Assembly (NCBI GenBank): GCA_964036045.1
Contig: OZ038378.1
Location: 172,236,001-172,300,000 of the forward strand
Source of the DNA: Eutreptiella sp. 'Long Island Sound 2002'
Lineage: Eukaryota > Protista > Euglenida
DNA: 64,000 bases
Reading direction: 5' to 3'
Below are positions 1-13,200 of this stretch, piece after piece (the stretch's first letter is position 1; each line of letters begins with the position of its first letter). Under the pieces are notes generated by a model that did not search any database, had not been told where the DNA came from, and was given only the letters and a program-made list of their open reading frames with translations. Position numbers and translations under genes: made by a program.

Positions 1-1034
1 AGATGCGCTTGGCAAAAGAGAAGCTATTACAGGAGCTCGAAGCCACCTCAGTGCGTGAGTTGCAGGTTTGGTGAGCTTGGTGGGACCATGTTCAACCTCT
101 TGAGTATGCTGCTTTGACGGTGGTTGGGAATTCGAAACGCGGCGGCCCGTTGCGCGCTCGCCAAATTGCCACCCAAGAATTTGTAAACTATGCCATCCTT
201 CTTGGTCGGCATATCAGTCCGCGGACTTGTCTTGGGGAAGTGGTGGTGCGTTAGGCGGAACATTACACGGTGTACAAACCCTTGTGCAAGGCAGGGCTAG
301 TAGATGGTGGAATGAGATTTGCGCTTTGGATCACTCCCAAGCTATATTGGGTTTCTTTGTGCTACTCTAGGCTGCGTGTTGTTGAAAAGCATGGGTCTTA
401 GTTCGTGTCAATACTTGACCTACACACACACAATTTCATTGGTCTTGTGGTAACGGGTTTCCGAAAGTACGACGATGCCTATTTTAATGGTGCTATGAGT
501 GAAGACCACTTGTGCTTTGTGCTACGTAGGCAGAGATGAAGCAAGTGGAAGATGCGATGGATCACCTCCGAAATTTGGACCGGGAACGGCATGAGGCGGA
601 GATTAGATTCCATGATGCAGTGGCAGAGGGCCGCCAGGAGAGAGAATTATATGAGACCATGCGCAAGAAGGTCCGGTCCATGCGCTTTTGTTTGGGTGTT
701 GGGGTAATAAAAAGTTACGCGTCGGCAGATGGAGCTCTTCAGGTCGCCTCCGGCCCAGGGCCATGGGGTAAGATTGCTCGCGGCGCCAAGCCCAGCGGCC
801 TTAACTCGGCGCTTGTAGACGCGCCCGCCCTCCGGGGGTGGGCGAAGAGAACCTCAGGGGAGGCCTCACACAAAGAAAATCTAAGTGCGTGTGATGCGCG
901 CGCGACTGGGTTCCTCTCGTGGTTCACATATCTCGATGCCAAAGGTGCAACTGAACAAAGGTGGCAAACGACCATCTCCAGGGCTGGACTGTGCCTTTTT
1001 TGTGTACCGCGGCTGATGCTGTGACTGACCTGGC

Positions 1035-1098
<64 letters not shown>

Positions 1099-1133
1099 AG
1101 CTGTGGGGGAAAGGTGGTTACGGGGTTGGTTGT

Positions 1134-1196
<63 letters not shown>

Positions 1197-1198
1197 AC

Positions 1199-1243
<45 letters not shown>

Positions 1244-4200
1244 TGGGGACGCACGACAGCAATTTATCTTCTGGATGGTACAAAGGAACAGGAAGGCATT
1301 GAATGATGTGGGACATTCTTTGCTGAGGGTGAAGGTTGGCACAGAACACTTAAACTACTCAACCGTTTCAATGTTTTGTTTGTTTTTTTTGAGCTTTCAT
1401 TTGCATCGACGACTCAGGTGTGAAGTATGGCCCTTAGGATCATTTTCCATCCACGGAAGCACTAGGTAAACCTGAGTGTGGGGACGAACCTGTCATTAAA
1501 ACCCCCAAACATTTGATGCTCCAGCACACGTTGGTGCTGTGGTTGATGCTTGGGATTCAGATGAAGACACCCATGCCCACGCTCAATGTGTTGGTAGGGT
1601 GGCTCGTCGTGTCACCAAATTCTTCATTGAGGCTGGTGCACTGCGCTAACGTGAGTCCAACCTTCTTGTGTTATTTTTCAGTGCAGAGTTGCTTCTGTGG
1701 GAGGTTGTGGATCACAGGTCGTGCACACATGGGTTCCCCCGCTGAGCTAATGGTGAGGATGAGAGCATCTGGAACACCTGCGTCAGCTTTGAAATGGGTT
1801 CCAGGTTGACATGTTTGCCTTCATGTACCCCTTAGAATGTGCTTGTTTGCGACGTCACGGTGTGGTGTAGATGTCCCACGTTGTATTTGGATCTCCGTTG
1901 CTCTCTTGTGCCCGTTCATTGTGAGAAGCAAAAAACAGAAAAAAGCAAATGAACAAAACAAAGGAAGGCCTGGTGTAGGCTCGGAGTAACACACTACACC
2001 ACACGCCATGCCACGCCACACCGCACCGCACCACACGACACACCACCTCCATAGTAAGTATGCTATATCATGTATCCTGCATCGCCCTGCACGTGAGCAC
2101 AATTGGATGCAGCACTCAATGGCGGATGTAGCACTCAAATGGCGGACAGGCTAGCCTGCAACCACACCGCAGTACACCACACCACATCAGAACCACTGGG
2201 TCAAAAATGGCCTCTGTTGCGTCCCAGGAGGATGAAGTGCACGGTGAATTGCAAGCCAAGCGAAAGCAAGCCGCCTTGTTGCATGAGAAAGCGGTGCAGA
2301 AGCAGGAAAAGATCTGGGAGGAGCAGGAGTCGCAGCAACGCAAAGAGTTTCTGCAGTATGTTACATGCCCGTGGATAGCAACCATCCATTCAGGGAACGG
2401 TCTGATTCATTTGCCAGGACCAATGGCTTTTTGTTGGGTGAGGGCTGGAGGATGGGAGTCCGTCATACTGGCAATTAGTGACAGTATTGCATCACATCAC
2501 ACCTTCCACGCTGACTGGTTGTCGTACAAAGCAAGAGCGAACAGTCTGCTTCTGCTTCCTCCACGCGCTGTTGCGGACATCGAGTGTTTCTGGACTGCAG
2601 TTGCCGCCTGACTTGCGCTCCCTCCTTGAAGATTTCCTTGTTGGCTGCTCGGGTTTTCAGAGAGCCCTTCTGCTTCTTCGACAGTGCAGATAGTATCATC
2701 CAATCATTGTTTTCTGTGTGTTGTCCGTTTGAGGTGACCTCGTGTGAACGCGCCGTGTACAAATTCAGCTGCTTCAGCCGTTGTGATGGGGCCGTGTGCT
2801 CCATGAGGAAGTGCCTTCTGCTTGGTTACTGTTAATTTCTGGTCGCTTCTGGATGGTTACTGTTAACAGCAGCCTGGTGGACAAATGCTTTCTCGCCAAC
2901 TTCATATTTGATCCCTCCTGCGGGCATTACTGTTACCTACACCCGATCAACTGGTGATGGCGTGATTGCCACCGTCTTCTCCGGCTCCTAGTGTGGGCAT
3001 GACGTGAGCATTGAGTATGATGCCGAAGGCCACTGTCTATCTCACCCCACCGTGCCTGGTCACTGAACCGGAGTGATGTGGAAGAAGATTTGGTTGACGA
3101 GTTGGAAGCAGAGGATACTTCCAGAAATTAACAGCAACCAACCAGAGGCCATGGGTCATGGTCCACAAGGCACACGCAATTGCCAGAAACCGTGCAGAAG
3201 CCAAGATGCTCAGCTGTGCTGTGCTTTGCTGCTGTGCGACGCGATGTGATGTGTTACGCTGAGCACATGCTGTGTGACTGATTTGCTGTAGGTCAGTGGT
3301 GCAGCAACAGCAGGACGATCTGAAATTGCAGTTGCAGAAGTCCCGAGAATGTGCTTCCAAGAGGTTTGCAGACTGTCTTTGTAACCTTCCACAGGACGGC
3401 GTGCATTGATTGATCCGGGTCAGGAAGCCATCCCTCTCTGCAGCCCCAAACTGTATCCAAGAGGCTGAAATTCCTAGTGAGCAGAAGGTCACTGCAGAGC
3501 CATGGGGCGAACAGAAATCGAGTATCATTTCTAACTGCTTCTGTAGCCCATGGTAGCTATTTTTCCCTAATGCATGGGGGGCCGCTGAGGGAAGGTTTAG
3601 TGCGGTTTCCATCAAGTGGGCAATGCAGGGCCCCCAATCTTATCCGGGGGTAGCTGTGCAAAAGATTATGGGTCATAGGTGCGGCATCGGGAACTTGCTG
3701 CAAGGATGGTGTGAGCAAGTTTGTAGAGCTGAGGCATGGGAACCGTGTGCATGGGGTGTGGGTTACAAGGTTGGGGAGCTGGTGCCTGATTTTGGGGGGG
3801 GCAAAGGTTGGCGGTTTTGGGCAGTGCTGTGGTGCAGGTCAAGGAGGCTGCAGTGAAAATGAAAGTGCAGGTCTCCCTTTGGCACTTAGGACAGCCCACA
3901 GACAGGCGGGCTTGCAGCCATGCAGAAAAGCTGTTCTCTGTTTTCATGGTCAAGGTGGCGCCTTCGCAGTTTGTTGGGGAAGACGCACAGACCAGATTCT
4001 TGCTTTTAAGACCGGGTTCGAGAAGCAGGGGGCCAGGCAACCCATGGGTCGGAAATCCACTCGGTTGACCCAGGTGCTTGAGGGGCTATGGTGTGGTCTC
4101 CATGAGCCGGACTCCTACCACCTACGGACTAAGTGTTTCGTCATCCAGTTGCAATACCAGATGGTGGCAGCTGCTGAGGGTCTTTCAAAATGACGGCAGA

Positions 4201-7200
4201 AACGTTGTGCGCAGATGGTTGAGTGGTGGCAAAAGGAGAAAGCCCACCGCTTCATCATGACAACTCTGCCCCTCACAAATTTTCTGCCTCTTTCACCCAA
4301 AGAAGGAGGGTTCTATACTCCTGGTGGTTGGTGCCACTCGTCATTTGAGCTGTGGCAATTGGTAAGACAGCACCAGACGTTCTTGCCCATTGCACTTACT
4401 GATAGTCTGATTCTGCCCAACTCAGCACCCCTCTGCAATCGAACCGGACCTTAGCCCGCACTGTTATTATGCAGCTACTGCGCTTTCGTTGTGTGTCAAC
4501 ATGTGCAGCACTGGTTGTGGGGCAAGTACACATTTAATGGGCTTTGCACAAGTGGGAAAATAAGGGGGATTATGGTGGGGTAGCCCAGGATGCCAAAACA
4601 GGGGGCTGGGAGGTAACAACCAGGATGAGCCCAAGCGAGCAGGCGGGGCTGTAGAAGGAGATTCTGCGGCAATAGAAGGTAGTATGGCAGCCGCAGGTGT
4701 TGCTTGAAGAGGAGTTTTGGATGGCTTTGGGGGCCTCCCACACTTTCGCCCAAACTCTGAAAGCTCCCTGTGCCCTTGCAACCGTTGTGTTGGGGGCCTT
4801 TGGGAGAAGGTTTCCGGCACTAAATGCCCCTCTGAGTCTCCTTGGCTCTGCTGCCAGTGAGGTTCTGCTATCTAGCTCCCTTGCCGCCACGGCTCATGGG
4901 TTGTTGGCCGTTCCATGGCAGCAACCCCATCAAATCCTCCCACACCCAAATTGCCCAGTCAGGCACCTGGGGAGGAGTTGGATCTAGGGCCATTGGATGA
5001 AGAGATTGATGGCAATGTAGTGCTTGTGGGTACACGGGTGCAAAGGTGCCAAGACACTGAGTGGGTTGCACACCAAGTGGGGGGTTTGAAGCTGGAGGTT
5101 GGTTGATCGGCCCTTTGAGCACAGGGTTTTGAATGGGCCAAACCCCGCCTCTGGATGCCTTGGACACCCTCCTCTGGCTGCCCCAGAAGCACTGTCCACA
5201 CTTTGCGGTGGGCACACCATGCCTTCGATCGCCACCTCACAAAGAAGGGGTCGTGGTTTTGGGTCGAGAAGGCAAAGACGAGCTGATGGATGTTGTTTGG
5301 TAGCACGGGGGAGTGGGTGTATGTTGAGGGGGGGATGAAGTGGGCCCACCCTGTATGCTTGGTCCTACACCTGAATTTCCGAGCTTCCTTGCTAGGCAGG
5401 CCCACTGCCTCCAAGGTGCCTTTTTTGTTCAAGATGTGGAGGCCCTAGGGCCTAGGAACCTAGTCTTCGTGGGGCCTTCACTTCGGCACCCTCCTCCTCC
5501 TCCACTTTCACACCCTCCTCCTCCTCCTTCACTTCACCCCCCCCCCCTTCACTTTCACTTTCTCCATCCATGTCCAGGTGCTCGTGCACCCCGACCCTCC
5601 ACTGTGCCGCCTTGTGCTCCTTCTTCCACACCTCTGAATTGATAGTTGGGGTTGCTGTTGGGTGGGCCACTTTGCTGCTGGTGTAGCAGGGATGGAAGGA
5701 ATTGTGGTGCACAGGCAAGGTTGGGTGGGGGTAAGTGTGGGGCTGGGCCTTGCTGGACGGCTAGGGTGGTGTGTATGGGGAAGTTGGAATGTAGAGCTAG
5801 AGCCACGGAAAGAAGAGGAAGAGGATAAGTTGTTATGAGGTGGCCTTTGTCCTCTTTGTGTGGGTGAGGGAGGGGCTCCAGCTCAGGGCCAGGGTGAGAA
5901 TGGATGGCCGCCTACTGAGCCAACTGTGGATTCAATATGGGCAAGGGCAAGGGCAAGGACAAGGACAAGGACAAAGGCAAGGAGCAAGTGGTACGCAAGG
6001 TGTACGTTTCGGGCCCATTTGATTACAACCCTCCTACCTCCTAACTGTTGTGAAAGTTATTTGCAAGATTTCGTGACGGTTATTTGGGGATAAATAAGGA
6101 CACACTTCGAATTTCATTGTGTTCCATGTCTTATTCCAATGACATTCTAGCAGCAGCAATCAATTTCATTGCTAGAACAATCTTAGACTAGTGGGCACAA
6201 AAATTTCAAATTTTGGTCCCACTATCAATCTTGAGAGAACTGAAGGGTGGTGTTTGGATAGCCGACAAAATCTGACGAATCCCCCACACCCTCTTGAAGT
6301 CGGCCCCCTTGAGGTCTAGCAACATGCGCAAAGTGGTGTTTTAATTATTCTGATTAGATTTCCCGAACAATTTCATGAGAATAGTGTTAGGTTTCTAGCA
6401 CGCCTAGAGAGGATAGGTGAGGAGGTGTTTAGGTGGCAGGAGCAAGGAAGCGGGCACCCCCAATCCATCAGAAAGACCCTGCCACTAAGGCCATTCAACG
6501 GAGCTGGGGCCTTCACATGTCGCAAATCCCCTCAGCATGAAATATTCTTGTACCTGGACAATCTGAGAATTTTTTTGAGTGGTTGTAAATCGCAAGGTGC
6601 AATTCTAAGCAAGGGCCGGAAAGTTGCATGGGCCAAAAAAAAACCAGTTCTCAGACATTTGGTGCAACACACCACTTGGAAGATCGAAGGCGTCCGCTGC
6701 TTGGAAAAAGTGCTTGGGATTTTGATGGGCGGGGCTGGTTGAGAAAAGTGCTTGCAAGGTTGCATGCGAGGTTGGCGGGTGGGCTAGGCTGGGATTGGTG
6801 CTTGGAAAAGGGGGTGGGGGTGGAGGTTGGAAAAAGTGCTAGGAAATTTTGACGGGTGGGGGTGGTTGAGAAAAGTGCTTGCGAGGTTGCATGCGAGGTT
6901 GGCAGGTGGGCTGGGCTGGGATTGGTGCTCGGAAATTGCCTTGGGTCGATGCAAAGTGTTCGGGGTGTTCCTCCCAAGAACTGCTTCGAAAAAATAGTTC
7001 CAACAATACCACGGAACACCATCACTTGGAAGCGATTGTTGTCTCCATGGGCCAACTTAAAAAGTCGGTTGTGAATAGCAGAGCACAATTGTAGCAATAC
7101 TCCTGGCCAAATACATTTCAAGGGAAGCATATTTGTTACATGTGTCAGAGGTGGTACAATGGTGGGTGCATAGCCACGTGGAGGAGCGTTGCTCCAACCG

Positions 7201-10200
7201 AGACACCAAGCGTAGACGTTGCGGAGACGAGTAGTGGACAAATTCGCCAACATTGGGAAGGGGCACAGTGCCTTGGGCCTCCCGACAGCAATTCTTCCCC
7301 CCCCAGGGGGCAGCCTATGGGGTCATGGGAAAAGACAGCCGCATTGAAGTTGAAGATCCAGGAACCCAGCCATTGGCGGCCTCCAGGCCATTCACCCCCA
7401 GTTCCTCGAGTAGTTGACACAATATCCAGATGATGCACCTCTTCTGGTGCCCTCCGTCTGAGGGGGTGGCATTTGTTGTGTCCTTGGTGTGCTCGGCTCC
7501 AGGAGTCCACCACAACATTCCGGTGCTTATGTCCAAGGGAATGCTAGAGGTGGCGCTGGTGGCTAGGGGACACTGGCGCTTCCCAAAGGGTCCCCGCATG
7601 CTCGCAGTCAGTACCCTCCCTGGCAGTCGCATGTGCTTAGGGGAGCCAAACCACAGTACTCTCCACTGAGCGGCAGTCCCATGCAGTCAGTATGTGCCCT
7701 TAGACATGTTGGCGGTGCTGCTGCCCCAACAGTGGGCACGAGTGGTGTGGGCATTGCTAGACACCCTGTGAGGTTAACGGAGTGCCTTGCCAAAGGGAGT
7801 GCAGGGGGATGGGAGTGCCAGCTGGGGCTAAGAAGTCGATGCCGGGGCAGACAATAGCCCATCAGGCAGACGGAGCACCGAAGGGGTGCATGTCACAAGG
7901 ACCAGGGCCCCCATGAAGACCCCCGTGCGTGGCATAGCCCCCCCTCCCCCAGGGGAAAGGAGGGGCCTGCTGCCAGATCCCTGCACAGCAACCAAACCAT
8001 ACCGAACCAGAACTGCCCCCCCCCCCCCATTTTAATTCAGCAAATTTTGATGGAGGTCAATTTTGTTCTCTCCTTTGTTGCAGGGTCGGGCATTGTGCCT
8101 CTCCCATGCCTTGTAGCCTGTCCATGCATCCTTTGTAATCAGACACCAGTATTGGCAAAAAGCTTTTTGCTTCCAACCTCTCCTAGGAAATGCAAAGCAA
8201 GGAATTGGTCCGTGCTGTTCTGTTTTTCCACCATGGGAAGACAGGGTATGCCAGAAAGGATGCATGGAATGGAACAGCCAAGAACCTCCAGGAAATAGCT
8301 GCATCCAAGAGCCTCCAAGAATTAACAGCATCCACCCAAGAGCCTCCACGAAGTGGCAGCATCCATGACATTTGGCATGCATACGATTTGCATAACTTTT
8401 TCCAGCCCTTTGGTGCCCAATAATATTGGCAATTGAGGGGGTCACCGCCCTTGCAAGTCCCCATGCATTTGGGCACAGCGCTGAACTGGTGCCTCAGTTC
8501 CAAAGCGGCTTGTGAGAGTGGCCAGCCCACACACCACATGCCCATGCCAACGCCCATGCCCATCCCACGAACCGAACGTCCACACCCATGCACATGCAGC
8601 CTACAAGAATGCCATAGCCACGCCCTGCCCGCTGTTGCAGAGAAGAGGCCTTGCGGTTCAAGCAGCAACGGCAGAGGAAAGGCGCAGAAAAGGACCATTA
8701 TTGGGGTGTCCACCAAGAAATTGCCCGCCAAAAATGGTATCTTGCGTGTGGTCTCATGCACAGAGCCGGCAGATGGCATGGCGCCCGGATAACATTCAGA
8801 ATGGTTTAAGTAGTCGACGTTGTACATTTGGTGGGGCCCACACGCAGCATGTGACATCAATGAAATGAGCTCGGGGCTTGATTTGATCCCAAAAATTTGG
8901 GAAGGCGGAGCTTGTCTTGCTGCCTGCGTTTGTAGTCTCTGTGTGTGTGTGTGTGTGTGTGCGTGCACTTGCGTGCATGCGTGACTGTGTGTGGCGTGCG
9001 TGCGTGCGTGCATCCGCACAGGTCTGATTATCTACTTTTTGTTTTTGGACTGAGGGATGCCCTTCCGTTGAGTTGGACACAGAGTATTTTGGAAAACATC
9101 CCTGTTCCACAGCTGCCGTTGTGAAGCTGCACCATGAAAAGGTTGGGCCCACAGAGCAGGCGTTCCAGGGCCAGGGTGTGCTGTTGTATCGCTGGGGCTC
9201 AGGGATGTACGTTTGGGATGCAGTGTGTCCGTTCAGTCTATTGGCACATTTCCCGCAACTGTCTGCAGAAAGGTGCCAAGTTGTGAGTTATTCTGTTGTG
9301 CGCGACCTGACGACGTTCGACCCTCTCCATCCTTTGTCAATCCTCTCCCGGACCATTCCAGCCCCAGCAGGGCGGAGCTTTAGGAGCAGCTGGTACAAGA
9401 CCACCAGCAGCGACCGAGGCTGCGTACACGCAAACATGCGGTAGGCCACACGCCCCCCCAAAAAAGCAACGCGTTGTTGAAGGAGTACAGGGGGGTGCCG
9501 TGGGTTGTACATCGTTGTTGAGGGATGGAGAGACTGTTTCAGGGTTGCAGAGGATTGTGGAGGGCTACAGAGGTATATGGACCACCAAGTATCCTGGATT
9601 TGGCTGGTGGTGGGCATTTGGTGGGGAGTTGGGGGAGGTGCACACTTGCGATTGAGGGCCCGGGCAGGCCGTCTGTTTCACAGACATGGGCACAAATTGA
9701 CTCTACTTGCTTCCAGTTCCATGGGGACGACTCTTGCTGAATGCACGCCTGCAGGCATGACCAGAGCACACGGATCAAACAGCGGATCCTGGATAGACGG
9801 CATTTGCTGGACCGCCGCAGCCAAAAGATCGATGCACAGGAGCTAAGGGAGAGCGGTATGTTACTGGGGTTGGCCACAGCAAGTTGCTTGAACCATGCCT
9901 TTGCTATTGCCGCTGACACCAAGCAGCTTCCACAATGCTCAGGACACCGGTAAGTTTCCAGGCATCACGGGTGACACTAACTACACAGTGTGGCTTTCTG
10001 CCCATTTGCAATGTGTGTTGTGAAGTGTGTGGCAGTGGAGTAGTGGAACTAGGTCATGATTTGATGTTGTGTGATGGGGACCATCAAGAAACAATTGCAT
10101 ATCGCTAGGCATGTGTTCAGCCCATTCCAGGAGGTGATTGGTTTTGCGCAGCTTGCAGCCACACAGCATATGCCACGGAGATGCAATCCAAAGCAGACAT

Positions 10201-13200
10201 CTTATCAACCGTCAAGGGGGGGCACCGTCGGTGAGGATGCCTTGTGCAATTGTTTGAGTGATGCACCTATTGCCCGCAAGCGTATGATTCAGGCACCCAG
10301 CCCAACACACCAAGAGGCAGTGGGCTGGGTTGGTGAGAAATTGGGTTTATGGCTGAGCCAAGTTTGTGGAAGGTATGTCGCTAAATCTTTTTTTTTCGTT
10401 GTCAATGGGCTTCTGGGTTCCTCCTCAAAATCATTGAGGAATTAGCAGCAACCATCCAAAAGCCTCCGAGAAGCAACAACAAACATCCAAAAGCCTCCGA
10501 GAAGTAGCAGCAACCATCCGAAGGCCTCCTAGAAACAACAGGAACCACCCAAAAGCCTCCAAGGAATGGCACTATACATCCAACCTCAGTGCACAGATTT
10601 CTGGGTAGGATGCATCGTAAATCAGCAGCCCCCTCTCCCAACTAGGGGGCAGGTGCATTAAAAAGAAAGAGGCAGCCACGTCCCACAGCGGAGGGGCACA
10701 ATGAGATTTGCTTTGTGTGTATTCAGAATCCCCTCATGTTTTTGTGTGTATTCCCTCCCCTCACTATGCATTCTTGCACTAATGAATACAAGTCACAACC
10801 ACGGAAGGTGAGGTTTTTTTAAAGCATTTAAGGTATGATGCTTGCAATGTGCGCCTAGGATCACTAGGGAGCCTACTAGGGGTCTGGTGGGGTGGGGTGG
10901 GGGGCCAGGCTCGCACGCCTCCCTCGCCCGGAGTTGCAATGGACCCCAGTGTATGCTCTTTCTCCTCATTCTCTCTTTATAAATTTTGCACAATTTCCTT
11001 GAGTCTCTCTGATAGCTCTCATTATTCTCTCCTTGTACGCCTCTCACGCTTTCATCATCACCTGCTGGGGAGCACTCCCAGGTGGTTCTGCCAACCACAA
11101 GACGCGGAGTACCCCCGCCCCCTCCACCAACGTGGCCTCCAACCAATAGTTTGTTGCCAAAGGTGCTGGCTTTAGGAGTCCATGAGAACGCTTTTCCTGT
11201 GGCACCTATGGCGCTTGCGGCTTGCAGTTTGGGAAACCTGCCTGGGTGTGGAATATTGTTGACCTAAAACGGAGGCACGTGTGAGTTGTATTGAAGTTGT
11301 TGTTGCTTGTTTTTCTTTTTGTTTTTTCCCTAGGTTACAGCATATTCCATTGCCAACACATTGCCCCAACCTAAACCTCACCAAATTCAATCGCCACAGA
11401 GCAATGGGAGTTGGCATCTGGGAAAGTGTTCGCCGCAGAGTGATGGAAGCAGGCACTGTGTTGGTGTTGCAATGAATGAGAGCAACATGATTAGGCTGAC
11501 AATGACACTGTGACCCACAACCATGATACAACCAAGACCAAGTACTTACCCATTGTGTGTCATGTTGTTGCTTGATTCAAGGGGTATGGGGAAAGAAGTA
11601 GTATTGGGGCTCTGCTACTTCTGATTGAGGGAGTAACACCCCTCTTCTTTGACCACACTAGAAGACTGAGGTTCCCATCCACGCTTTTGCACGTTGAGCT
11701 CGGCAGGGGTTATGTAGCCATTTCTGATTTCCTCCCCACGTTGGGGACACGAGAAGGTAGCAGTGCAGCCATTTCTACCCCACATGGGAGACCCTAAGAA
11801 GGCAAGGGTTATGTAGCCACTTCCGATTTCCTCGCCTCCTTGGGGACCCTGAGAAGGCAAGGGTTATGTTGCCATTTCCCATTTCCTCCCTGCTTTGGGG
11901 ACCTGAGAAAGCAGAGGTTATGTAGCCACTTCTGATTTCTTCCCTACTTTGGGGACACGAGAAGGCAAGGGTTATGTAGCCACTTGGGAAGGCAGAAAAA
12001 GGTTTGCGCGGGGGGGGAGGGTGTTCGAGCCCCCCCGAAGGAGGGGGGGGGGGGGGCTCCAAAAGGGGCTAAAACGGCAGGACCATTCATAGCACAAAAA
12101 TTTGGGAATTTTTCCCCCATTGAACTGAAAAATGTTCTAGACCTAACTCCCACCGGTCCCTATGGGTGCTCCTGGTATGCTCAACATTGGTGGGCGATGT
12201 CTGGCTGGTGTAACACCTTTTTTTGGCAGATCCAATTAGGGGAGGGGAAAAGAGAAAAAACTGAGGACTGGGGGCGCCTCCTCAGGAGTTGCAATGCCCA
12301 ACCCCCTTATAAAGTGGGCTAAGTGAAATACGCACTCCGACCCCCCCCCCCATCCCTTGGGGGCTACAAAGGTGGAGGAATAAACCAGTATCTTTTTTCA
12401 GCACCAATTGTGGGTGTTCTGCATTTTACGAGAATGTGAGACATCATTCCTTTGCCCTTTAAACCTTTTTTTGTGCCACGCATCCCCTATGAAGAGTTTT
12501 GGAATGAATTCACAACATGTTTTCGTGTGCGAGATGTTTCCATCCACCCTTTTGAAGGACAAAAACCAAGTAGTCCAGCAAAGGTGGGGTTTGAAGCAGA
12601 ACATTGCAAAAGGGATAGCAGACAATAGGTGTACAATTGCAACATTATTGCCTTTAAAAACCAAAGTAAAGGCAAGTTGTCAAGAAGCACACCACTTGAG
12701 GGCAGGTAAACATTTTACTCCCGTGGATCACTTGCTGCGGGACTGTGCATTGGGTCGTGCCAAAGGTGCCCCTGCCCGTGTGAGGTGTGCAGCAAATGCA
12801 TTTGCTTCTTGACATGGAGGAAGGATCTCAACAGCAGCTTCACCTCACAGACCATTTGTGCCTGAATGGTTTGTGAGGCAAGGGGGGCCATAATGAACAC
12901 CTTCATGTCACAGTAGCCCCCCACAAGGTCGTGTGCCGTTGAGTGGTACGTATGTTTCACACGCACGATGTCAAACTGGGCCCTCAACAACCAAACAAAC
13001 CATGTGTGAGCCATCGGAATTTGCATCATTCTGCATAACATCCTCCACATGTGTAGCTTCAGCAGCGTCAACAGGCAACCCCTTAGCCTCACGGATAATG
13101 TTGATGATACAGACACATACACAGACCCAGCATAGGCATAAGAAGATGGACCCGTGCTCGCAATTGCTTGATTAGCAGCACTCGCATCTTGCGGGACTGG

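Noticed and set aside
739-1349. ORFs rich in SLSL, ERER, THTH or CVCV (also at 36776, 37760, 52477-53138, 60928)
   Set aside because: These are translations of dinucleotide microsatellites.
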